A program made the translations under genes and the position numbers. A stretch of DNA of 64,000 bases. Source: Octopus sinensis (Eukaryota). The notes under the pieces are model-generated. The model made no database searches and was not told the origin of the DNA. It worked only from the letters and a program-made list of their open reading frames with translations. Position 1 is the first letter of the stretch; each line of letters begins with the position of its first letter. The stretch spans positions 2,170,001 through 2,234,000 of the forward strand of contig NC_043005.1 in assembly GCF_006345805.1 (NCBI RefSeq). The letters are read 5' to 3'. Below, one piece after another: positions 8,845-21,429 of this stretch.

Positions 8845-11196
8845 TGTGTGTGTGCACGCGTGTATTAGTGTTTTTAATGTGTTTGTCTCTTGCATAAACT
8901 TCAGGCATTTGTACAGAGAATATGCATATATTATTTTATCGACCCGAAAGAATGAAAGGCAAAGTTGATCACAGCAGAATTTGAACTTAGACTATAAAAA
9001 CGGACGAAAGCATTAATATACATACACGTTTGGTAATTACTTATTTTTCCATGGTGACTTCAAAGTTTTGGTTTGCCATCTCTCGTTTGACTCTTGTTTG
9101 GTTTGGTTTATGAGGGAAGAAAAAGTTCATGATACCGGCAGAGTATCCCCTTCTCCCATTATTTTCTGTCTTAAGGATCTGGAAAACGAAAGAAACTCAC
9201 GAGTGAATGCAATTCAATAATCGTTTCTTGTGATTCCCGATCTTGCGTTCCGTTCTCGGTGTCCATCTCCATGGCAGCGCATATCTCGTGATAACTCTGT
9301 TCACGTGAGGTACATTATCTCTGGAGAATAACATACGTGGTTAGAGCGGGTTCGAGTCCGCCGTAGCTGCATGCTTCGCAGTGTCCTTCAGCGTAAACGA
9401 GCTGGAGAAGACTAAGAGAGAGATTGAACGTCTTTCGCACCTGCTGAAGGAGCCGTTGTCGAGGAGAGCCTCGTTGTGGTGTCGCGCATGGTAAACGGTT
9501 GTACGCGAGATCTCGCTCTTGTCTCGGACAAGATAATGGCTGCTAGCGAGATCTCGTACAAAATGGCACTGGCGACCTGTGCCACGCTACAGGTTCTTTC
9601 TAGTTTTATATACTTCTTGTCAAGGTGTGTCTTTGATTGGCGAAATTATGTGAATGAGAAACAGTTTTGGTGTTGAAACACAGAGGAATGGTTTTGGTGT
9701 TTAGGAAGGTGTGGAAGCGGGGAGTCATTCTGAAGTTTAATCTTAAAAGGTTTATACATGTAACTTTACATAAGATCAAACACACAGGCACGCGCGCGTG
9801 TGCATATAGCATGTACATGTATATGTTTATGTATAATTTGTGCATCTACATGTGGGGGAAGTCTGTATATATATATATATATATATATATTTACACACAC
9901 ATCTAATAAAGTGAACGCATTCTACGATTACATAATTTTTATTCGTATCGATATAAATCAAACTGTCATTATGTAGATATAACTTCAATATTGTTCAGCC
10001 TTAACGATCCTTAATATAGGTACAAGGTGAAGGTCACACATTTCTGAAGGAGACACTGTCAACCAAATGAACTGAAGGACGTGGCTGATACTTTATTCTG
10101 TTGAGCCGAGAGGAGAAGAGGTCGAGATTCCAACTCAGTGTTTAAGAAACGGCTGTATCATGACTAACAAGTTTGTGAGACATTTTCCTCTATTGTAGGC
10201 CCCTCTCCTACTCTATTTTGCCAGCTTTGGTCAGTTTCTGGCACTGATGTTTCTTGTTCTCCTCTGTGGATTCCAAGGCTTCGCCGAACTCTTTCTTCGT
10301 TTTTTTTTATTTTATCCTTTTTTTTTGAGATCCAGAGAATTTTGGTAACTTGAACATGATGATTCCATTTCCGTTATCCTTTGTATTTACTGCTTCTGTT
10401 GGCAGAACATTCTCGAATTGCTTTTGCTACCACGTATATAGCAACCGAGCTTCGTGCCCTCAACCTCGAAAACTTCACATAAACATTCGAACGGATTATC
10501 TCGAACAAATGTACAAATCGCTGGGTAATTCTCTTCAAAACGTTGCACAGCAGCGATGCCCAGCCCCAGTGTTCCGAGTGAGATTTATTGTGAAAATTCA
10601 GGAAAAAAATAAGCATGTTGCTTAGTCCAGCTTTTTGCAATACTGACCACATTTGTGAGAAAACGCCCAACACCAATTTCTGAGTAACGTTCGAAAACGA
10701 AGACATATGAGAAATTCATGTTCGATATCACCGCCTTTAGACGATGAAAAGCAGCTAATTAATACAGCAATTAGCGTTAATGAACTCCTCACTGATTTCA
10801 TTATGTCAATTTTTGTTTCTCCCTGGTAACTCGTGACAAAGGAGCAGAATTCTTTTGCAAGTGGCTTTTTTCCCCATTCGGTAGTTTCTGGTTTCTTTAT
10901 ATTTTGTGGGTTGTAACTTTTGTTGGTGTTGTTTCTGGTGTTGTTGTTGACGTCATTATGTGTAAATGTACAAAGAGAAATCCGAAACAGCATAAGACTT
11001 TAGAGAAAATGGAAGTCCGCACTTGCTCTGGACATCCTGCTTTGTATAATTCGAAGAAAAGAAAAACATTTTTTTTTCACCTTGTAACGGTAAATTATCT
11101 TAATTTCCTTAACGATTCAAGAGTAACCAAGAAAGGCGTTTTGACACCACAGCAGCGAAAACGAGTAACGGCAACAGCAACAGCAACACCACCACC

Positions 11197-11228
<32 letters not shown>

Positions 11229-11231
11229 CAG

Positions 11232-11758
<527 letters not shown>

Positions 11759-12146
11759 GTGTGGTTGGAACAACGAAGTACCACCAAATCTAAGACATGT
11801 GGACAGAGGAAAAGTAAGGAGATCCACAGGCAAAGTAGATGGCGTTTTGAGCTTGATTAAAACAGAAACCATTAGTAAAACAAACCGGCTAATTATAGTT
11901 GCAGCTAATGGTGTAGCTGAGATAGTAAGATGCAACATTTTGAATAGAATAAGCTGTTTTAATAAAAAAAAGACGGCGTCTCTTTGATGAAATAGGGACA
12001 AGCATCAGGAAGTGATCCCTGATGCGGAAGAAAGCATTTTGGGGAGAAGAGTAGAACAGGTCACTGAGGCATAAAGAGAATGCAGAGTAGTTAATACAAG
12101 TGGATACATTATTATTATTATTATTATTAGTAGTAGTAGTAGTAGT

Positions 12147-12611
12147 ATTGAGTGAGAGAGCATTGCAGGCCATCAAAGGGACACTGGGGTAAAATATACG
12201 AAGCCCTGTATACTCATCATCACTACCTGTCTGATAAGGGTACACTAGGCACATGCATCACAACCAAATGTGCGCGACATGGTGATCTCATATCAAGATA
12301 AACAGCACATGACCTTGCAGGTGGGGCCCAGTTAGAATTTTCGTCTGGTCGAGTAACCCATCCCGCTCAAAAGGTCCTTCAATAAGGGTTGTTTAAGGAT
12401 GTTGGACGAAACACCCATGTTTCCAGCGGTGAATATATTCAAACCCCAAAGAATCCCTCTCAACACATGGCTATGATGCTCCCCCACTACTTCTGCTCGT
12501 GATCAGAGATGCACATATCATCATCCACTTAGGGACATGCTCAACTGATTAAGGTCAAACAACTGATAAGCAAATCTGTGGTACTGAGCAGAATAATTGC
12601 TGTAGCCCATC

Positions 12612-12615
<4 letters not shown>
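12147..12615. mobile_element. About 470-bp non-coding interspersed repeat flanked by (TAA)/(TAG) triplets, copy 1
   Basis: Collinear with 39806-40277 from ATTGAGTGAGAGAGCA to GTAGCCCATCTTTTA. No TIRs and no A/B boxes seen. Confidence 0.85.
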
Positions 12616-12658
<43 letters not shown>

Positions 12659-12667
12659 TTATTATTA

Positions 12668-12807
<140 letters not shown>

Positions 12808-12924
12808 TATTATTATTATTATGGCCGTTGATGTATCTACAAATATGGAAAATTCAGTAAAATAGATATCGGTACTCAATAACGCTGGTCTCGTGTGTGT
12901 GCGTGTGTGTTTGGGTGTGTGTAT

Positions 12925-13900
12925 ATATGGAGAAAATGGTTAATAAAAGTATGAAACATTAGAATACTGAATTGATTGGAGGAAAACAAAGACTTGGGAA
13001 AGTAAACAACAGATGTGAAATATTTCAAGGTGATGGCTTATCTCCACTTCTATTTGGTTTAGCCATGATACCGCTCAGCTTGATATTGCGAAGAGCTAAA
13101 ATAGCAAGTCATTTTGTTAAAAGTTAAGAAGTTAAAATACGATTTGGGAAAAGGATATAGTCAGATAAATCATCTCCTTTTTATGAATGATATAATGATA
13201 GACGCGAAAAAGGAGAAACAATTTGAAAGTTTTGTACATACTGTTGGCATTTTCTTAAACGATGTAGGTTTGGAAAGGAGGAAGATTTGAAGGAAGCCAG
13301 GAACTGGAATTCTAAATGGAGAAACAATGAAAGTGGTTGTGAAAGGATAGTGGTATACGTATTTGGGGATACTGGAGGCTGATGGAATAAAACATGAAGA
13401 GATAAAACAAATAACCAGTAGAGAGTGAGAAAATTATTACAGTCGAAAATTATTACAGTCAAAATATATTCAAGCAATAAATGCAAGAGCAGTACCCGTA
13501 ATTAGATATAGAGTTGGAATTATAGAGTGGACCAGAAACGACGTATAGGAACTTGACAGAAAAACTAGAAAACTGTATGGGACCCACCATCCGAAAGTTA
13601 ATATCAAACGGTTGTACCTGAAGAAAGACCAGGGTGGAAGACGTTTAGTTACTGCGGAAGAGTGTGTGCAGATAGAAAGAAAAGTCTATTAGAATATTTA
13701 CAGAACAGCACTGAGAAACTACTAAAGACAGTGAATAAAGAACAGGTGATCAAGTATGGAATATGAGAAAAGGACAAGAATTAAATTCAAAGAGAGTTAG
13801 ACAAATTGGAGAGAAACCTTGACATGGTCAGTTTTCGAAACAATGGGGAAATATAGACAAATGGTTGAGAAAGATTAGAACATAATGTCCAGTAGAACTT
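12925..13900 (+). mobile_element. Heavily decayed R4/Dong-like RT region
   Basis: IFQGDGLSPLLFGLAMIPLS, INHLLFMND, HHPKVNIKRLYLKKDQGGRRL. Confidence 0.8.
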
Positions 13901-13909
13901 CTACAGAAG

Positions 13910-14310
13910 GTGTAGGAGTGGCTGTGTGGCAAGTAGCTTGTTTACGAACCATATGGTTCCGGTTTCAGTCCCACTGCGTGGCACGTTGGGCAAGTGTCTT
14001 CTACTATAGCCTCGGGTCGACCAAAGCTTTGTGAGTGGATTTGATAGACGGAAACTGAAAGAAGTCCGTCGTATATATGTATATATTTATATGTGTGTGT
14101 GTCTGTGTTTGTCCCCCCCCCCACCAAATCGCTTGACAACCGATGCTGGTGTGCTTACGTCACCGTAACTTAGCGGTTCGACAAAAGCGACCGATAGAAT
14201 AAGTACTAGGCTTACAAAGAATAAGTCCCGGGGTCGATTTGTTCGACTAAAGGCGGTGCTCCAGCATGGCCACAGTTAAATGACTGAAACAAGTAAAATA
14301 GTAAATAGAA
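13910..14310 (+). mobile_element. SINE family A
   Basis: GGAGTGGCTGTGTGGCAAGTAGCTTG...GGCGGTGCTCCAGCATGGCC, same as 2072 and 46110. Confidence 0.9.
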
Positions 14311-14419
14311 GGGGACAGGAAAGATTTTCTGGAGAATCTTAAGCATTTGAAAGACTATTGAAAGCTTGTGGATAGCTAAGGTTCCAGGTATTAAGCCGCT
14401 ATCCACAAGGAGAATTCCA

Positions 14420-16430
14420 ACCATGTTTCGTGATTCGCCTGGTTTGCTACCTCAACAGCTCCTTTATAGGATCCAGTGGCTAAGGACATCATCAAGAGGA
14501 ACCACGTCTTGATTCAGCCCCTACTCCTCTACTGTTTTCGACGTGGCAGGCCACCCCCATTTCCCTTTCGGAGGTGTCTTCAGCTCTGGTGTTGAGTGCG
14601 TTTTTTTTCTTTGTTTTTCTCTGACCTTTGGTTCTTTGGTTTCTTCGATGCAGCGTCAACGAGTGTCAGCGAGCGAATGACCACCCTGCCAAATCCCCCT
14701 GTAAATACTTGCCGGTAGGCTCCAGCAGCCAGCGCCAGCTAACTGTCACGTGACACAGTCTAAGCGTCAATTGATCAATGGAGGGAAAAGACGCATAGTT
14801 TTGGTCTAGGTCTTCTGTAGACCTACCTTCCAACAGAGTCGTGTTAGGTTCAGCTCCAGCAGCCAGAACCGACTGGATGTATGGTGGTACAAGCCTTCGA
14901 ACCATCGGGGAGGAGGGTACGCAATGTACGAGATTGTTCCCTTGGCCAACCTATCAAACAGCAATGCTGTTTAACTGCCAACCAGTCTCACCTAGCGATG
15001 CTATTTCCCAGTCGGCATGTTATGGCTTTTGAGCCATTTTGGATCTTTTCGTTTCAGCCATATATAGAAGCTGGTTTTGTTGACTGTTTCCTATATCCTC
15101 TTTATTACTTTTCTCTGCTCTTAGCTCGAAAATGCAAACCTTCTTTTAAATATCGTCGCCATTATCCTTTCAATGAAGCCTCTAGCCCCCACTGCCAGGT
15201 GGTAATACTCGACAGTCCATCTCTGTTCTCTGCACTCTTCGATTAATTTCTCGTACCTCCTCTCATTCCGTTGCTCTGCATTAGCGATATTCTCTCCCCA
15301 TGGCACTGTCAGCTCCAGCAAAATTCCAATTTTCCGTTCTGTGTTCCATAGGATTAAGTCCGTTCTTTTTGTTGTTTTTATGAGTGGATATATTAACAAT
15401 CTTTCCAAATCCACTGCCAGCTCCCAGTATCCTTCCATCTTTCGTCTGTCTCGAATACTTCTTTTGAAGGCCTGATCTTATGTCCTTTTCCCCACTTCTG
15501 GAAGTAGACCCTTCCACGTTTTTCCACTTTTGGGGTACTCTCCCCTGTTATATCCCTCGATCTTGGGTGCTGCGCTTATGACACCGAGGACTTGATTGTG
15601 ACGCCATGTATGTCTTTCTAGTGCTAGCCTGCAGTTTGACAGAACACGTCTCGCTGTCACTTTCTCTCCGCATCTACATTCATCAGTTGATTGTATGTTC
15701 CACCGAACTAAATTGGCCGGTGAAGGCAAAACGTCGAAGGTAGACTTGATCAGGAAGGATGTTCTTGCTTGTTTCATAGCCCAAATTTCCTTCCATAAGA
15801 TTCTGCGACTGACTACGTATTCCTTCCATCTCAGGCACTGCCCCTGTTGACTATATTGCACTAAATGTACATTCCTCCTCCTCCTCCTCCTCCTCCTCCC
15901 CCTCCTCCTCCTTTCTCACTTCGTGTACCACTGTCTCATTCATCTCTTTTGCACTGCTCATGCGAATTGGTTTGAAATTGTGCAACCCTAGACCGGCTCT
16001 TGCCTCTTGCGTCGCTTCGACTATATCGCGCTGTTTACTGCCTCTTCCGCCTTCCCTTTCCTCCCTGTTCGTACCTTTGGAGGGTTTTCCCGGATGTTCT
16101 GATCTTTTGAATACCTTAGCATCATTACTGTCCTCACCTTTCCTGCCTTATATTCTTCGACGACTCATGTTATTGTTAGTTGCAGCACAGGTTTTCCATA
16201 TAGTGCAGTTGTATTCAGTGGTTTTGGAAGACCAATCCATTTTCTGATAAACACACTGCATCTTTTTTCCATCCTTTCTACTCTAATCGAGGCTATTTCA
16301 TGCATTTCCAATGGCTACATTATCCTTGGACACCGTCCAAATTGCAATATCCAGCATTTGAATTTCCCCGGTAATGTTGTTCTGTCAATCGCCTTTAGTC
16401 CTTGTTCCACTAAATAATTCTACCAGGAAT
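14420..16430 (-). mobile_element. HERO-like RLE non-LTR retrotransposon, 3' about 2 kb, degenerate
   Basis: RKWIGLPKPLNTTALYG; QEARAGLG; QQGQCLRW...FLIKSTFDVLPSPANL...C.C...TWRHNQVL; TDLILW...LLELTVPW...RYEKL...VGARGF. These motifs are typical of HERO-clade ORFs. The 3' UTR boundary is approximate. Confidence 0.8.
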
Positions 16431-16479
16431 AAGAACGAATCTGAGTCAAATCAATAATAATAATGATAATAATTCATGA

Positions 16480-18570
16480 AAAATAATAAATTATGAAGCA
16501 AAAAGGAAAATTGAAACAACACAAAATCGCTGCAAACTCTTACAAAATATAGAAAACCGGAAATGAAGACAGCAGATCCTATTGGAAAAAATATAAGTCA
16601 GCAATTGTTAGGAGGAATATATACTGGAATAATCTCGACCAAGCAGACAATGGAAAATGACCTAAATATAAGACAGGAAAGAAATAAAGAACCAGATGAA
16701 GAGAGCACCCTCCCACGAGCTTTAATTGAAAGACTGTCACCTGATCAAATCACGCCAAGGCCCGAAAAAATAAGAAACTCTAATGAACCTGATAAAGAAA
16801 ACCAAGAAAGTGATAATTAACCAGTATTTGAAGACTACACACTTGCTGAAGAACACAGAGAGTCTATGATAGAAAAGAAGCAGAAAATTCTGAGTAAGCT
16901 TGTAGTTGTAAGACATTGAAGTCCGAGTGATAGAGAAGCACCTCACGAATTGTCAAATACAAATCAAAATTTAAAAAATCAAATCAAAATTGGCAACTAC
17001 GCAACAAAAGAAATCCTGCAAGAATTAAAACCTGAAATTACTGAGTTAAACGAAATTATTTACGCATTTGCTAAGGCACTTGAAAGAAATTGTATGCCTC
17101 AAAAATTAAAAACAAACGAAAAACAATCAAAACTGGGAAGAAATCCGAACTGGAGAAGCAAAATTGAAAGCGATTGAATTAATGTGGAGAAATATCAATA
17201 CTAAATGACCTAATCTGTGGAAATTATGCCTGATCCAGAGAAGGAAGAAAGACGAAGAGAAAATATGGATTTTTTTTTCAAGAGAACTGATATTAACAAA
17301 AGAAACGCTGAAACAAACATTCTAAGCAAAAGTTCAAAAATACGAAGAATGGAGAAACGTAATCTATTCACGTCAAATGTAAAAACATTCTACAGAGAGA
17401 CAGGGTAAGAGAAAATAACCATTAATGACCCCCACCTCCAATGGAAGAAGTTCACAACTTTTGGGAAAAGATTTGGAATGATTAGAAGACATACAATGAA
17501 AATGCAGACGACTGGATTAGACACACAGATGGATCCTGCTAAAATTTAAAAGAACAAGCATTATAATGCATCGTAATAGCAGACCTAAAGATGACCCTCA
17601 CGAAGGCTCATAAGTGGAAATCTCTCGGTAAAGACAGGTGCACAGTTTCTGGTTTGCCTCGCTCCCGTTCGCACACGGAAAGTTTGTTTGGCTATTCAAT
17701 GAAATTAGGAGAGATCTTAAGAAAACACCTGATTGGTTAGCAACTGGTATAACTTACCTACTCTCAAAGAATAAGGAAACCAAAGTTCCGAAGAACTATC
17801 GGAACTTGTTTATCCATTACATAAAATTTCAACATCTCGTGGAGAAAACATGCATTTATGGAAGAGAATAATATTTTTCCCCTTTAAACAAAAGGGGTGC
17901 CGACGCGGCTTAAATGGATACAAAGATCAACCCCTAATTAATCGCATGATCCTTGATATCTGTTGTAACAAGCGAAGAATCTCAATTCCGCATTGATTGA
18001 TTACAAAAAGGCTTTTGACAGCATACCACATTCATGGATCCTCAAATTGTTGGACAAGTTCAAAATTTCTCCTGTAATTTTAAACTTTCTGAGGGCATAA
18101 TATGTCACGAATCTCCAATTATATCATTCTAATGGAGCGCTAACTTCAAACAATATTAGCATCAACTGTGACATATTCCAAGGTGACTCACTTTCACCTC
18201 TAATCTTTTGCATAGTTCTAATACCACTTACAAGTGAACTGAATCGAACAGTGTATGGGTATAAAACTGACAAGAAAACAGGTTATCTAGTTTGTATGGA
18301 TGGCGGCTCAAAACTGTATAACAAGGACAACGATGAGCTTGAAGGCCCATTACATTCACAGTCTTAATAAATGTGCCAGAAGGAGAGATTGAAAAACTTA
18401 AATTCCGTCGTGTTAGATGTTGACACAGTTGCAATTAAAGAATTTGAATAAGAAAAATAAACCTCGGAATAAATACAGACACTGGCATTCGGCATGCTAA
18501 CATGAAAAAGAAGACGAAGAAGGAATGCACATAAAAAAGTGTTAGCTATAAACTCCTTAGCAGTTCCAAT
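16480..18570 (+). mobile_element. Decayed R4/Dong-like element, N-terminal region and RT
   Basis: WKS(P)GKD.VHSFWF, DYKKAFDSIPHSWI, IFQGDSLSPLIFCIVLIPL. Begins after (TAA)n. Many stops. Confidence 0.8.
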
Positions 18571-18574
18571 TGGT

Positions 18575-18845
18575 GTTGTGAGCTATCTTCATCTCTAAGA
18601 GGTTACTCTTCAGCTTGTCCTTATACCTGAGCCATGGTCGACCAACATTCCTGTGTCCACTCTCAAGCTGGGCGTACGTGAGGACTTTGGTATTCTTTCG
18701 TCTCTCATTCTGATGGCATGGCCAGCCCAGCGCAATTCTGATTGTATAAGGAAGCTCTGGATTCCACCAATCTTACACTTGCTAAACAGGTCGGTATTAG
18801 TAACTCTGTCTTTTAGTGAATAACCGCAGATTGTCCTCAGACAAT
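18575..18845 (-). mobile_element. RTE-clade LINE 3' fragment
   Basis: LRTICGYSLKDRVTNTDLF...QSELRWAGHAIRMRDERIPK, the RTE ORF C-terminal signature. Confidence 0.8.
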
Positions 18846-19017
18846 ATATATGTGTGTGTATGTGTGTGTGTATGTATGCATGTATGTGCGTGCGCGCGCG
18901 CTCACAAACACGCTTATATTATGTCGTTTCGTAGTTTATAATTTTCCATCATTAGCTTTCATTTCGTATAACTTTCATTGCCATTTGACTGCCATCGGGA
19001 TGCAATGAAATAGAATT

Positions 19018-19665
19018 GATATTGGCTTCAAATTTAGGCACAAGGCCAGCAATTTCGAGGAGGGGAGTAACTCGATTACATCAACCCCGTTGCTCAGCTG
19101 GTACTTATTTCATCGACCTCGGAAAGATGAAAGGTAAAGTCAACCTCGGCGGGTTTTGAACTCGGATCGGCATTTCGTCCGGCGTGCCGCTTTAGTAATA
19201 ACATTAATATTGCATTGAAGACAGTGAGCTGGCAGAATCTTTAGCATGCCGGAGGAAATGCTTAGCGCTATTTCGTCCGGCTTTACGTTCTGAGTTCAAA
19301 TTCCGCCGAGGTCGGCTTTTCTTGCATCCTTTCGGGATCGATAAATTAAGAACCAGTTGCGTACTGGGGTCGATCTAAGCGACTGACCCCTCCCCCAAAA
19401 TTTCGAGCCTTGCGTCTAGAGTAGAAAATATTATTATTTCTATTTTACTTAAAGCGGTGAGCTAGCAGAATCGTTAGCGCGCCGGACGAAATGCTCATCG
19501 GTATTTCGCTACGTTCTGAGTTCAAATTCTGCCATGGTCAACTTTGCCTTTCATTCTTTCGGGGTCGATAAATTAATTACCAGTGATACACTGGGGTCGA
19601 TGTAATTGACCAGTCCAGCCCCCTCCCTTAAAACATTCCAGGCCGTGTGCCTAGAGTAGGAGGGA
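19018..19665. mobile_element. Cluster of three SINE family B copies: 19018-19195 (-), 19220-19430 (+), 19452-19665 (+)
   Basis: GAGCT(G/A)GCAGAATC.TTAGC...CTGAGTTCAAATT heads and shared bodies. Confidence 0.85.
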
Positions 19666-19827
19666 TTATTTCTCTTTTCATTCTCTCGATTTCACTTGCT
19701 CCGGTTAAATCTTTCAGAGCTGAAGGCAACCTGCTACCAAAGTCTCTTTCCACAATACTTAACCCTCTAGCACCAATCTCAAAGTCCTTGCTGTCCTCAA
19801 TAGAAACGTTTTTGTGAGCATGTTCTA

Positions 19828-19859
<32 letters not shown>

Positions 19860-21084
19860 AACTACTACTGCTGGTGCTGCTGTTGCTACTACTACTACTA
19901 CTACTACTACTACTGCTGCTGCTGCTACTACTACTACTACTACTACCACTACTACTACTTGTCTGTTAAGGGTAGTGAAGCGATGGACAGGTTGAAATTT
20001 CTTTTAATATATTCTCTCTACCTTACAATGTTTTGATTCTCGATATTTAGTTCGTTATTAAGATAACCTCCAAAGGCGAGATCTCTTTTAGTTTTGTCGT
20101 TGAGCAATTATTTTATCAGTTAATCCATTGTTACATTTACGCTTCCCTAGAATATATATGAAGAACCATTTTTGTCAAAGAAGCCACATATTTTATGGTA
20201 ACTCTACATGAAAAAAAAAAAGAAAAAAAAGAAATGTGACGTTTGTGTGAACTACGTAACAATTTTCTGCTACGAACTTTCTCCATTTTATGGTTAGAGC
20301 GACAGAGATATATTTGTCCATTACTGACTTTTATCAGGTTTTTCGGTGTATAAGCTTTATTTAGAATAATTTACTCTTTGCACATTTGGCTTTTTTGATA
20401 ACATATAATTAGGGAAATTGTGAAAGTTTGTTGCGTAGTGTGTAGTTAGGATTCGTTTGATGAAATATCGATCGATTTTTATTTTATCTATCAAGCATTT
20501 GATTGAATAGTAAACTTGGTTGATTTTAGGTTGGCGGCAGGGAAATTGGCAATATTACCATTGAGGACCATATCTTTAAATATTTCTGTTGGTATTGCAT
20601 ATTTTTTTTTATATCTCTTCACTTATTAGGGTATTGTTGGACAGAATAATTCCGCATACTTTTCCGTCGAGATCATCATTGGTTCGGCAGAACTACAACG
20701 TTTTTCTACGCAAAATTACACGAACGACATTTTTTTTTATCTGTAGCAGATTATGGATATGAAGACTCCTTGTTAATAATAATGGTAATAATAAAGACAA
20801 CAACAGCAATAATGATAATATCAATAATAGCACTGCTTTATAGCAGCTGTGATATTGCTGTTGTAGTTCTTGTTGTTTTTGTTGTCATCTCAGAGTTAAT
20901 ATCAAGAAAGAGTGTTGATATATTTTTATGGTGCTGAAGCAAAGACTGGATTTCGCTTGTCCGATTCCATTTGATGTTTTGTCCAACGAAAAAAAAAAAA
21001 AACGTCATCGTCAATAACGTGACAATGGGACTTCAAAGTCACCAAATATTGGGACACGGAGATAACCCGCAAATACACTGCATA

Positions 21085-21121
<37 letters not shown>

Positions 21122-21358
21122 ATACACACACGCGCACACGCACACACCTTTTCTATCTGTCTTCATATATATATATGCACATACATATGTATATATGTAT
21201 AAATATGTGTGAATATATACATATATATATATATATGAATATATACATATATATATATGAATATATATAAATATGTGAATATATATATATACATATATGA
21301 ATAAATATATATATCAATATATACATATATACATATATACTATATATATATGAATATA

Positions 21359-21429
<71 letters not shown>

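Noticed and set aside
14540-14592. CTGAAGA...GAAA on the minus strand in the HERO 3' region
   Set aside because: The GAAA is a tetraloop of a local hairpin. No stem I or III, and no UH site can be formed.
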